Positions 33,732 through 42,390 of a stretch of DNA of 64,000 bases are shown here, in pieces. Position 1 is the stretch's first letter, and every line of letters starts with the position of its first letter. The stretch covers positions 1-64,000 of the forward strand of contig CAVVEU010000008.1 in the NCBI GenBank assembly GCA_963747235.1, in the 5' to 3' direction. The notes beneath the pieces are model-generated. The model saw only the letters and a program-made list of their open reading frames with translations. It ran no database searches and was not told the origin of the DNA. Position numbers and translations under genes: made by a program. The DNA is from an uncultured Candidatus Rokubacteria bacterium (GTDB lineage: Bacteria > Methylomirabilota > Methylomirabilia > Rokubacteriales > CSP1-6).

Positions 33732-33897
33732 GGCGGGGTGCGGGGCCGGGGTGGCGGGGGTGCGGCCGGGTGACCCGTTCCCCGCCAAGGGGAGCGGCGC
33801 CGCCCCATCCCGGATTGGGAACTCCTCACGCAAGAAGCCGACACAGCGGGTCGTGGTCAGAGGCCGCGCCCCCGCCACCCCGGCCCCGCACCCCGCC
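33732..33897. repeat. About 165 bp palindromic element (MITE/REPIN-like)
   Basis: Arms 33732-33767 and 33862-33897 are reverse complements over 36 bp with 1 mismatch; lies between convergent genes; shares GGTGCGGGGC with the 28767 element. Confidence 0.8.
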
Positions 33898-33915
33898 CGA
33901 CGGTCGAGCCAAGAG

Positions 33916-35160
33916 CTACGCGCGGATAGCAGCCCCCGCCCGCGTAGTCAGCGTGAAGACGGTCAGCGCCGCCAGCCCGATCAGCGCGAAGCCCAGCGCC
34001 CAGAGGTAGATCGCCAGATACCCCCCGGTGCGATCGAAGATCACGCCGGAGAGCCAGGGGCCGAGCGCCGCGCCCAGATTGTTGCCGATGCCGAGCAGCC
34101 CGAAGATGAAGCCGTAGTGCGCCGGCGGCGCGATGCGGCTCAGCAGCACGGTGACGATGCTCGCCCGCGAGCCGAGCGGCAGGAAGAGGAAGAGCACGTA
34201 GCCGGCGGCGAGGATCCAGAGCGGCCGCGCTTCCATCGCGATCAGGCAGAGCATGCCCAGCAGCGAGCAGGAGAACGAGAGGAAGCCCGCGGTGGGTCCG
34301 CCGAAGCGATCGGCCACCAGGCCCGCCAGCGCCCGGCCGCCGCCCGCCAGCACGCCGCCGATGGCGAGGAGCAGGGACGCCTCGCCCGCCGTGAAGCCGC
34401 GATCGGTGAAGTAGAGCGTGTGCTGGGTGGTGGCGAGATACCCGAAGAGCGGCGGCGTGGTGAACATCACCAGGAGGCTCCAGAATCCGGCCGAGCGAAC
34501 GATGCTCGAGGCGGTCACCGCGGTCTCGCCCGGTCGCGCGGTCCCGCGGGCCGCGACGGATGACAGGCGCGTCGGGTGCGCGCGCCACACCCACGGGATC
34601 AGCGCCACGATCGCCGCCGCGTAGCACCAGAAGGCGGGCCGCCAGCCCCAGTGGGTGATGATCCACTGGGCCGGCGCGGCCAGGGCGTAGGCCGCCATGG
34701 AGCCGCCGAAGGCGATCCCGGTGGCCAGGCCGCGGCGCCGCACGTAGGCGTCGGCGATGAGCGCGGCGTGGGTCGTCATGCCCGTCAAGCCGACGCCGAT
34801 GCCGCCGCCCAGCCCCATGGCCGCCAGGAAGAGGGGCAGGGTCGGGGCCAGGCTACCCAGCAGCATGCCGAGCGCCGCCAGCCCGAGGCCCAGGCTGACG
34901 AGCCGCCGCGGGTTCCAGCGGGTGACCAGGTAGCCGGCGACCGGGCTGAGCAGGGCGCCGCCGACCCAGAGCAGGGAGGCGGTGGACGCGGTGGCCGCCC
35001 GGGAGCCGCCGAATTCGGCCAGCAGAGCGGGCAGGAACACCGGGAAGGTATTGGTGATTCCGGCCACGAGCAGCATCGTGGCGAAGGCGAGCCAGAGCCG
35101 CTGGCTGGCGAGGGATTCGGACTGCGGGGAGGGGGCCGGGCCCGTGGGGCCCGGAGCGAG
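33916..35160 (-). CDS. MFS transporter (OFA/MCT-like); start uncertain
   Basis: About 12 TM segments, RRRGLATG, GLVADRFG and GVIFDRTGGY. Confidence 0.85.
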   Translation of the reverse strand, partial: LAPGPTGPAPSPQSESLASQRLWLAFATMLLVAGITNTFPVFLPALLAEFGGSRAATASTASLLWVGGALLSPVAGYLVTRWNPRRLVSLGLGLAALGMLLGSLAPTLPLFLAAMGLGGGIGVGLTGMTTHAALIADAYVRRRGLATGIAFGGSMAAYALAAPAQWIITHWGWRPAFWCYAAAIVALIPWVWRAHPTRLSSVAARGTARPGETAVTASSIVRSAGFWSLLVMFTTPPLFGYLATTQHTLYFTDRGFTAGEASLLLAIGGVLAGGGRALAGLVADRFGGPTAGFLSFSCSLLGMLCLIAMEARPLWILAAGYVLFLFLPLGSRASIVTVLLSRIAPPAHYGFIFGLLGIGNNLGAALGPWLSGVIFDRTGGYLAIYLWALGFALIGLAALTVFTLTTRAGAAIRA

Positions 35161-35162
35161 GC

Positions 35163-35360
35163 TCAGTCGTCCGCCTCGGCGCGCTTCATGGCCTTCCGGC
35201 GCTTCTTCCGCGCCTCGGCCTGCTTGCGCTTCCGCTTGACCGACGGCTTCTCGTAGTACGCGCGCTTCTTCATCTCCTTGAAGAGCCCATCCTTGAGCAT
35301 GAGCTTCTTCATGGTCTTGAGCGCGGACTCGACCTGATTGTCGTGTACCTCGATACGCAT
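35163..35360 (-). CDS. rpsU: 30S ribosomal protein bS21
   Basis: MRIEVHDNQVESALKTMKK...EMKKRAYYEKPSVKRKRK. Confidence 0.95.
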   Translation of the reverse strand: MRIEVHDNQVESALKTMKKLMLKDGLFKEMKKRAYYEKPSVKRKRKQAEARKKRRKAMKRAEADD

Positions 35361-35367
35361 GACAGGC

Positions 35368-35396
35368 AAAGTACCCGGAGGGCGCGCCGCTGTCAA
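35368..35396 (-). promoter_or_regulatory. Sigma70 promoter of rpsU (leaderless arrangement)
   Basis: TTGACA-17 nt-TACTTT, ending 7 nt before the ATG. Confidence 0.75.
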
Positions 35397-35452
35397 TGCC
35401 CACGTGGGTGCCCACCCCCGGCTCACTCCTGGAAATGCTACGATTGCCCCCC

Positions 35453-36481
35453 ATGATCGCCCCACCCGCCCGCCTGGAGCTCGCCCTGGCGCCCACGCCG
35501 ATCCTCAAGCTCGATCGCCTCTCGCGCCGGCTGGGCGTCGAGCTCCACGTCAAGCGGGACGACCTGACCGGCCTGCTGGAGTCGGGCAACAAGGTTCGCA
35601 AGCTGGAGTTCCTGGTGGGCGAGGCCCTCCAGCAGGGCGCCGATACCTTGATCACGTGCGGGCCGCCGGACTCCAACGGCTGCCGCGCGGTCGCCGCGGT
35701 GGCGGCGCGCCTCGGGCTCCGCGCGGTGCTCGCGATCCGGGGCGAGCGGCCGGCCACGGCCGACGGCAACCTGCTGCTGGGCCGGCTTCTCGGCGCGGAC
35801 ACCCGCTACTATCCTGACCTTGGGCCTGACCTTGGGCCTGACCTTGGGCCCGGCCTCGCGCCCGGGGGCGCGGACACGATCATGGCGGCGCTCGCCGCCG
35901 AGGTCCGCGAAGGCGGCGGCCGGCCCTACGTCATTCCGGAGAGCGGGGCGGGGGAGCTGGGCGCGCTCGGGTACATCGAGTGCGCGGTCGAGCTGTCGGA
36001 GCAGATCCACCACGGGGCGCCCCGCTTCGACACGATCGTCATCACCGCCGGGAGCGGCGGCAGTCACGCGGGCCTGCTCATGGGCAAGCAGCTCGCGGGG
36101 CTTCCCGGCGAGATCGTGAGCGTGCCGGTCACGGGCCCGGCCGAGCGGGTGCGCGAGGCCATCGTCCGGACGGTCGGCGCCGCCATCCAGCGCTTCGGGT
36201 TCGCCATCGAGGTGCCCAAGGCCATCCACCTGCTGGACGGCTACCAGGGCGCCGGGCCCGCGGAGGCGACCGACGAGGAGCTCGGCGTCATCGTGCAGCT
36301 CGCGCGGGAGGAAGGGCTGCTGCTGGATCCGGTCTATACCGCGCGGGGCTTCCGAGGGCTGGTGGAGACGCTCGCGCGCGATCCGAAGGCGCTGGGGCAG
36401 CGCGTCTGCTTCATCCACACGGGGGGCTTGTTCAGCGTCTTCGCGTACAAGGACCGCTTGAGCCGGCTACTCCAGCCCTAG
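35453..36481 (+). CDS. PLP-dependent D-cysteine desulfhydrase/ACC deaminase family protein
   Basis: PTP, KRDDLTG, SGNKVRKLEF, GSGGS.AG, LDPVYT and FIHTGG. Confidence 0.88.
   Translation: MIAPPARLELALAPTPILKLDRLSRRLGVELHVKRDDLTGLLESGNKVRKLEFLVGEALQQGADTLITCGPPDSNGCRAVAAVAARLGLRAVLAIRGERPATADGNLLLGRLLGADTRYYPDLGPDLGPDLGPGLAPGGADTIMAALAAEVREGGGRPYVIPESGAGELGALGYIECAVELSEQIHHGAPRFDTIVITAGSGGSHAGLLMGKQLAGLPGEIVSVPVTGPAERVREAIVRTVGAAIQRFGFAIEVPKAIHLLDGYQGAGPAEATDEELGVIVQLAREEGLLLDPVYTARGFRGLVETLARDPKALGQRVCFIHTGGLFSVFAYKDRLSRLLQP
35813..35860 (+). repeat. In-frame 12 bp tandem repeat (CCTGACCTTGGG x3 plus a degenerate copy)
   Basis: Directly visible; encodes PDLG-PDLG-PDLG-PGLA. Confidence 0.9.
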
Positions 36482-37246
36482 TTAGATGGTGTAGGTCTTG
36501 CCCTGCTCCAGGATGTGGATGCGGCTCGGATCGATCTTGGCCAGCTCCTCCGCCGTCTCCTGGTAGAGCTGCGGCTTGATGTGGTAGATCCAGATCGGGA
36601 GATCGGGCGGCATCTTGTCGATCTCCTGGCGCAGCATCTCCGGGGTCAGATGCCCGGAGGCCTTCGCGAGCATCGACAGCCGGTTGGGGAAGGCGGTCTC
36701 CACGATCAGCGCCTTGAGCCCGCGCATCTCGCGGGCGATCTGCCAGATCCGCTTCGTCGGGCCGGTATCGCCGCTGAACACGAAGCCGGTCTCGCCGTCG
36801 TGGATGACGAAGCCGGTGGTGGGGACGGTGTGCTCGACGAGCACCGGCGTCACCCAGAGCTCGCCGACTCGCGATTCCCCCTCCTCGGGCAGCTCGCGGA
36901 AGCCCAGCACGGACTGCGCGGCCGACGGGATGTTCGTGAAGTTCGGCCAGAGCGTGTCGTTGAAGGCATGGGTGCGGAGCGATTCCACCACGGGCGCGAT
37001 GCTGCAGGCGGTGACCCGGCGGTCGGGCGCCACCATCGCGAGCGTGTCCGTGAGGAACGCGAGCCCGGCGGTGTGGTCCAGGTGCGCGTGGCTGATCAGC
37101 GCGTGCTGGATCTGGATCTGCTCGGGCACCGAGAGGGCGCCCCCGACGGTCCCCGCGTCCACCAGCACGCGGTCGTCGACGAGAAAGGCGGTCGGCCTCT
37201 GCCCCGGTCCTTCGCTGCCGTAGGTCCCGAGGACCTTAATCTTCAA
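36482..37246 (-). CDS. MBL-fold class II 3',5'-cyclic nucleotide phosphodiesterase
   Basis: VDAG, SHAHLDH, FND.LWP.F, HTVP, SGDTGP, AFPNR, HLTP and HIKP. Confidence 0.85.
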   Translation of the reverse strand: MKIKVLGTYGSEGPGQRPTAFLVDDRVLVDAGTVGGALSVPEQIQIQHALISHAHLDHTAGLAFLTDTLAMVAPDRRVTACSIAPVVESLRTHAFNDTLWPNFTNIPSAAQSVLGFRELPEEGESRVGELWVTPVLVEHTVPTTGFVIHDGETGFVFSGDTGPTKRIWQIAREMRGLKALIVETAFPNRLSMLAKASGHLTPEMLRQEIDKMPPDLPIWIYHIKPQLYQETAEELAKIDPSRIHILEQGKTYTI

Positions 37247-37303
37247 TGAAGCCCTTCATGAGGCCGTGAGTCCCCCCGTTTCAGGCGGTTGGCACTTCCG
37301 CGC

Positions 37304-37332
37304 ATACTAGTCTAGCAGCGAGAGGGGGTCAA
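37304..37332 (-). promoter_or_regulatory. Sigma70 promoter of the phosphodiesterase gene
   Basis: TTGACC-17 nt-TAGTAT on the minus strand. Confidence 0.6.
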
Positions 37333-37395
37333 TCCGAGGGAATTGGGCGGGTTTCGAGGGCCGCAACTGAGCGTGTCCAAAGGGCATCAGCGCCC

Positions 37396-37995
37396 TCACT
37401 CGCAAGCGGAGGAGGTCTTGAACCGGGCCGCGAACTCCTCGAGCTCCCGGCAGGGGTCCCCGGCGACGCGGGACGGGTTTGGCTCCTCTCGCCGGACCGC
37501 CAGGACCACGCTCTTGAGGTAGGCGTACTGGAGGCGGACGGCGTCTCCGTAGTCGAGATCCCAGCCGGTCATCAGGAGCTCCACGCTCGCGACGTGCGCC
37601 TCGACCTCGCACTCGTGGCGACGGCTCTGGCACCGGCCGTCGCCATGGCCCAGGACGAAGTGGGCGAGCTCGTGGCTGAGCACGGCCTGGGCGATCAAGT
37701 CGTCGGCGACCACCGCCCGATTGATCAAGATGCGGCCCGGGCGGCCGATATCGCTGAAGCCGGTGCGCGGGGTGAAGAAGGCGGCCGGGCGGGCCATCGC
37801 CGAGAGCGCCGCATCTTCACCGATCCGCACCGCCGGCGGCGCGCCCTTTATCCCGCGCGACTCCAGGATCTGCCGGGCGGCCCGCTCGTACTCGTCGATC
37901 CGGGCCTGCTCGGGATCGCTGAAGGTCCGCAGCGGAGCCGCGCAGGCCGTCAGGCCCAGCGCGACCACCAGCGCCACATGTCGAAGAGCCATCAC
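37396..37995 (-). CDS. Lipoprotein with HEXXH zinc-metallopeptidase motif (M48-like)
   Basis: Lipobox LTAC; AVLSHELAH and downstream ECEVEA. Confidence 0.7.
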   Translation of the reverse strand: MMALRHVALVVALGLTACAAPLRTFSDPEQARIDEYERAARQILESRGIKGAPPAVRIGEDAALSAMARPAAFFTPRTGFSDIGRPGRILINRAVVADDLIAQAVLSHELAHFVLGHGDGRCQSRRHECEVEAHVASVELLMTGWDLDYGDAVRLQYAYLKSVVLAVRREEPNPSRVAGDPCRELEEFAARFKTSSACE

Positions 37996-38082
37996 CTATC
38001 GAGCATGCCACGCTCGGTAATTTTTCCGCTGCGCGCTCTGGCGGCGTGGCGCTTCCTCCGTCCCGTGTGGCATACTTTGCGC

Positions 38083-39457
38083 GTGATCTTTCAGCAGATC
38101 CTGAACGAGGAGTCGGGCTGCCTGTCCTACCTGATCGGCTGCTCCCAGGCCGGGCAGGCGGCCATCGTGGACCCGGCCCGCGATCGCGTGGACGACTACG
38201 TGGCGATGGCCCGGCGCAAGGGCCTCACGGTCACCAGCATCCTCGAGACCCACGTGCACGCCGACCACGTGTCGGGCAACCAGGCCCTGGCCGCCAAGAC
38301 CGGGGCGCGGATCCACATCCACGCCGCCGCCAATGCCGCCTTCGCGCACGACCCGGTGGAGCACGGCCGGGAGATCCGGATCGGCAACGTGGCGCTCCAG
38401 GTCCTGCACGTGCCCGGTCACACGCCCGACAGCATCGCGCTGCTGGTGACCGATCTGACCCGCGGCACCGAGCCCTGGTTCGTGCTGACCGGCGACACCC
38501 TCTTCGTGGGCGACGTGGGCCGGCCCGACTTCGGCGGCGAGCAGGCCGCGGCCAGCCTGTACGCGAGCCTCACCGAGCGCCTCCTGCGGCTGCCCGACAG
38601 CGTCGAGGTGTACCCGGCGCACGGCGCCGGATCGAGCTGCGGGCGGGCCATGTCGAGCAAGACCGCGACCACCATCGGCTTCGAGCGGCGCTTCAATGCC
38701 GCGCTGCAGGTGCCCGACGCGGAGGAGTTCGTCCGGCGCCTCATGACGGGGCTGCCGCCCAAGCCGCCCAACTTCGACCGCATCATCGCGCGCAACCGCG
38801 CCCAGGCGCTGCCCGCAGAACGGCGCGCCGCGGCCGCTCTCCGCGACGCAGGTCCGGGAGCTGCTCGACAAGGGCGCCTGCGTGCTCGACGTGCGGAGCC
38901 CCGAGGAGTACGGAGAGGCCCACGTGCCCGGGGCGCTCAACGTCTGGATCGAGAGCCCGCAGTTCGCCAACCGGGCCGGGCTCTTCGCGCCCCCGGAGGC
39001 GCCGATGGTGCTGGTGGTGGCGAGTCCCACCGATCTCACGCGGGCGGTGGACGGCCTCGGCCGCATCGGGCTCGACACGATCGCCGGCCATCTGCAGTGG
39101 GGGATGACCGAGTGGAAGAGCCAGGGGCTGCCGGTCGGCCGGGTCCCGCAGATCAGCGTGCACGACCTGGCCACCATGAAGGACGAGCGGCCCGACCTCG
39201 TGGTGCTGGACGTGCGCGAGCCGTTCGAGTGGGACGAGGGCCACATCGACGGCGCGGTGCACCTGCCCATGGGCGAGGCGCTGGCGCGCCAGGATCTGGT
39301 CCCGGCGGGGCGGCCGAAGGCGGTCCTCTGCGCGGGCGGGCTGCGCTCGAGCCTCGTGATCAGCGCGCTGAGCCGCGCGGGCTTCACCGACTTCTACAAC
39401 GTCATCGGCGGCATGACCGCCTGGCAGAAGGGCGGCTACAGCACGGTGAAGCGTTGA
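38083..39457 (+). CDS. MBL-fold persulfide dioxygenase-like domain fused to two rhodanese domains; frameshift near 38820
   Basis: GCLSY, ETHVHADHVSG, PGHTP, TGDTLFVGDVGRPD and YPAHGAGS; LDVR..EY...HVPGA, LDVRE..EW..GHI.GA and CAGGLRS. Confidence 0.88.
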
Positions 39458-40119
39458 CCGACGAGCGCTTCGACTACCCGGTGATGGCGCGCGCGCTCAT
39501 CCTGGGGGACAAGGACACGGTGGCCAGGAAGACGCAGGAAGGCCTGGCCCTCTCGATGGATCCGAAGGACCTGATCTTCCGCGGGCTGATTCCCGGCATG
39601 GACGTGGTCGGCGAGAAGTTCCGGCGCAACGAGTACTACGTCCCCCAGGTGCTGCTCTCCGCGCGGGCGATGTACGCGGGGCTCGACCTGCTCAAGCCCC
39701 TGATCACCAGCGCGGGCGGCGCGAACCAGAACCTGGGCGTGATCGTGATCGGCACCGCGCAGGGCGACCTGCACGACATCGGCAAGAACCTGGTGGCGAT
39801 GATGCTCGAGGGCGCCGGCTTCAAGGTGATCAACCTGGGCCGGGACGTGGCCCCCGAGAAGTTCGTGGCCGCGGTGCAGGAGCACTCGGCGCACATCGTC
39901 GGCATCTCCGCGCTGATGACCACCACGATGCCCGCGATGAAGCGCACCATCGACGCGCTCGAGAAGGCGGGGCTGCGCGATCGGGTGAAGGTCATGATCG
40001 GAGGGGCGCCCGTGAACCAGGCCTACGCCGACGAGATCGGCGCCGACGGCTACGCCAAGGATTCGACGATCGCGGTGGTGCGCGCCAAGGAGCTGCTCGG
40101 CGTGCCGGTGAACGCGTGA
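39454..40119 (+). CDS. Stand-alone corrinoid (cobalamin-binding) protein
   Basis: Cap domain (GLIPGMDVVG.KF...YYVP), GDLHDIGKNLV (DxHxxG), SALMTTT and GGAPV. Confidence 0.93.
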   Translation: MTDERFDYPVMARALILGDKDTVARKTQEGLALSMDPKDLIFRGLIPGMDVVGEKFRRNEYYVPQVLLSARAMYAGLDLLKPLITSAGGANQNLGVIVIGTAQGDLHDIGKNLVAMMLEGAGFKVINLGRDVAPEKFVAAVQEHSAHIVGISALMTTTMPAMKRTIDALEKAGLRDRVKVMIGGAPVNQAYADEIGADGYAKDSTIAVVRAKELLGVPVNA

Positions 40120-41063
40120 TGGCGGCCCGCGCGCGCGGCTGGGAGATCGTGGAGCGCCTCCGCGCCGGCGAGCGCCTGGTCTTCGACGGCGGCTACGGCA
40201 CCGCGCTCTTCGACGCGGGCCTCGGCAACGGCGACTGCCCGGAGCTCTGGAACGACACGCACCCGGACGTGGTGCGCTCGATCCACCAGGGCTACTTCGA
40301 CGCGGGCTCGCACCTCGTCGAGACCAACACCTTCGGCGGGACCGCGCTGAAGCTGCACGAGTACGACGAGCGCATGGGGCACGACATGGGCGCGCGCACC
40401 GGCGAGCTGAACGAGAAGGGCGTGCGGCTGGCCCGCGCGGCCTGCCCGCCCGGCGGCTTCGTGGCGGGCTCCATCGGGCCCACCAGCTACCTGCCGCTCG
40501 ACTACGGGGTCGGCAAGAACGTGGCCACCGACGAGGAGTACTTCGCGACGTTCCGGGAACAAGCCCAGGCCCTTGCCGCGGGTGGGGTGGACTGCTTCGC
40601 GGTGGAGACCATGATGTTCCCGCAGGAGGCGGAGGCCGCGATCCGGGCCTGCAAGGCCGTCGCGGACCTGCCGGTCATGGCCACCATGTTCTTCCAGTAC
40701 GAGGAGCTGCACGACCGCGACCGGACGATGTGGGGCGAGAGCCCGGCCGACGTGGCCAAGCAGCTCCTGGCCGCGGGCGCGGACATCGTGGGCATGAACT
40801 GCGGGCGCGGGCCGGATCGGGCCATCGTGATCATCCGCGAGATGCGGCAGGTCACCGACGCGCCGCTCATCGCGTATCCGAACGCGGGGCTGCCGATCAC
40901 CACCGGCGGGCGGACCACCTACGAGCTCGGCCCCGAGGAGATGGTCAAGGACTACCCGGCGCTCCTCGACGCCGGCTGCAACATCGTCGGGGGCTGCTGC
41001 GGATCGAACCCCGAGCACATCCGCCTCATCGCCGACGTGGTGCGCTCGCGTCGCGCGCGGTGA
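40116..41063 (+). CDS. Homocysteine S-methyltransferase domain protein (MetH N-terminal/BHMT-like)
   Basis: DGGYGT, TNTFG, GSIGP, ETM, GMNCG, PNAG and GGCCG zinc ligands. Confidence 0.9.
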   Translation: MMAARARGWEIVERLRAGERLVFDGGYGTALFDAGLGNGDCPELWNDTHPDVVRSIHQGYFDAGSHLVETNTFGGTALKLHEYDERMGHDMGARTGELNEKGVRLARAACPPGGFVAGSIGPTSYLPLDYGVGKNVATDEEYFATFREQAQALAAGGVDCFAVETMMFPQEAEAAIRACKAVADLPVMATMFFQYEELHDRDRTMWGESPADVAKQLLAAGADIVGMNCGRGPDRAIVIIREMRQVTDAPLIAYPNAGLPITTGGRTTYELGPEEMVKDYPALLDAGCNIVGGCCGSNPEHIRLIADVVRSRRAR

Positions 41064-41814
41064 CCGCGGCGCTCTCCGTCCTCTCTCCCGACGCCGGTCG
41101 TCCTGGAGGGCCTGCCGCTCGCGATCGACCGCGACGAGGTCCTGCGCTTCCAGGGCTACAAGAAGGACGTGGACGTCCCCAGCGCCCAGGTGCTGGCGAT
41201 CTTCGAGGAAGCCCTCGCGCTGGGACGGACGCCTCCTGGCGCCCCGGGTGGTCTACCGCGCGGTCGCGGTGACCGGCGGCGCGGCGGATCGTCTCGACGC
41301 GGGCGGCGAGCGCCTCCACATCCCGCAGATCGCGCGGCTCTGGGGCTCGATCGAAGCGGTCGGCGCGGGCATCTGCACGGTGGGGGATGCCATCGAGACG
41401 CGCGTCCGCGAGCTCTTCGACGCGCGCGAGTTCCCCCTGGCGGTGATGCTCGACAGCGTCGGGTCGGCCGCGGCGGAGAGCCTGGCCGAGTACGCCAACG
41501 ATCTGCTCTGCCAGGCCGGGCTCCAGGCGGGGACGAAGGTCACGAACCGGATCAGTCCCGGCTACGCCGGATGGGACACCGCGGAGCAGGCGGCGCTCTT
41601 CCGCCTGTGCCCGGGCGACCGCATCGACGTGCGCCTGAACGAGGCGTGCTTCATGACGCCGGGCAAGAGCATCAGCTGGCTGGTGGGGATCGGCCCCGAG
41701 GCGCGGGTGGACCACTACTTCACCCAGTGCCGCCGCTGCTGGATGCGCGACTGCGCCTATCGCCGGGCCCCCGCCGCCACCACGGTGCGGGAGCCGGGCG
41801 ACGGGGTGTGGTGA
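41060..41814 (+). CDS. Stand-alone B12-dependent methionine synthase activation-domain-like protein; frameshifts near 41090 and 41230
   Basis: IDRDEVLRFQGY, TVG..IE, LDSVGSAAAE, RISPGY.GW, MTPGKSIS and C-terminal CRRCWMRDCAYRR. Confidence 0.8.
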
Positions 41815-41830
41815 TAGGCTGGGTGGACAC

Positions 41831-42388
41831 ATGGGCGACAACGTGATCCTGGTCGGCTTCATGGGCGCGGGCAAATCGTCCGTGGGGCGGCTCCTCGCCC
41901 GCCGGCTCGGCCGCTGCTTCGTGGAGACCGACGACATGATCACGGCCCAGGAGGGCCGCTCGATCCCGGACATCTTCGCGGAGCGGGGCGAGGCCCACTT
42001 CCGCGCGCTGGAGGAGGAGACGGTGCGGCTGCTCGCGCTCAAGTCGGGCGACGTGATCGCCACCGGCGGGGGCCTGCCCTGCCGCGACGGGCGCCCCGAC
42101 GCGCTGCGGGCCATGGGCACCGTGGTGTGGCTGCGCGGCGAGTTCGACGCGGTGTACGAGCGGGCGCAGCGCGCGGGCGCGCGGCCGATGCTGGCCGGGC
42201 GCGGGCGCGACGAGATCGAGGCGCTCTACCGCGCGCGCGAGCCCTACTACCGCCAGGCCGACCTCACGGTGGACACCACCGGGATCAATCCCGACCAGGT
42301 CGTGGCCAAGCTCCTGCTCCTCCTCCGCGACCGCAGCGCGGCCACCCTCTCCCCTCTGGGGAGAGGGCAGGGTGAGGGGCCGCAGTAA
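41831..42388 (+). CDS. aroK: Shikimate kinase
   Basis: GFMGAGKS, GEAHFRALE, ATGGG, RPML and R.PYY. Confidence 0.92.
   Translation: MGDNVILVGFMGAGKSSVGRLLARRLGRCFVETDDMITAQEGRSIPDIFAERGEAHFRALEEETVRLLALKSGDVIATGGGLPCRDGRPDALRAMGTVVWLRGEFDAVYERAQRAGARPMLAGRGRDEIEALYRAREPYYRQADLTVDTTGINPDQVVAKLLLLLRDRSAATLSPLGRGQGEGPQ
42345..42379 (+). repeat. REP-like hairpin CCCTCTCCCC-TCT-GGGGAGAGGG-CAGGGTGAGGGG
   Basis: Perfect 10 bp stem plus tail; resembles widespread CCCTCTCCC..GGGAGAGGG.GGGTGAGGG palindromic units; second copy at 12911. Confidence 0.75.
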
Positions 42389-42390
42389 CG

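Noticed and set aside
35813-35860. Short direct repeats as a possible CRISPR array
   Set aside because: Contiguous 12 bp units without spacers, in frame inside a gene.
37996-38082. Expected cobalamin or SAM riboswitch upstream of the methyltransferase operon
   Set aside because: The intergenic gap is short with a -10 box immediately before the start codon, and no recognisable riboswitch motifs were seen.
37594-40119. 841-aa MBL-corrinoid 'fusion' ORF
   Set aside because: An indel near 38820 shifts out of the rhodanese frame. The real gene stops at 39457 and the corrinoid gene starts at 39454.
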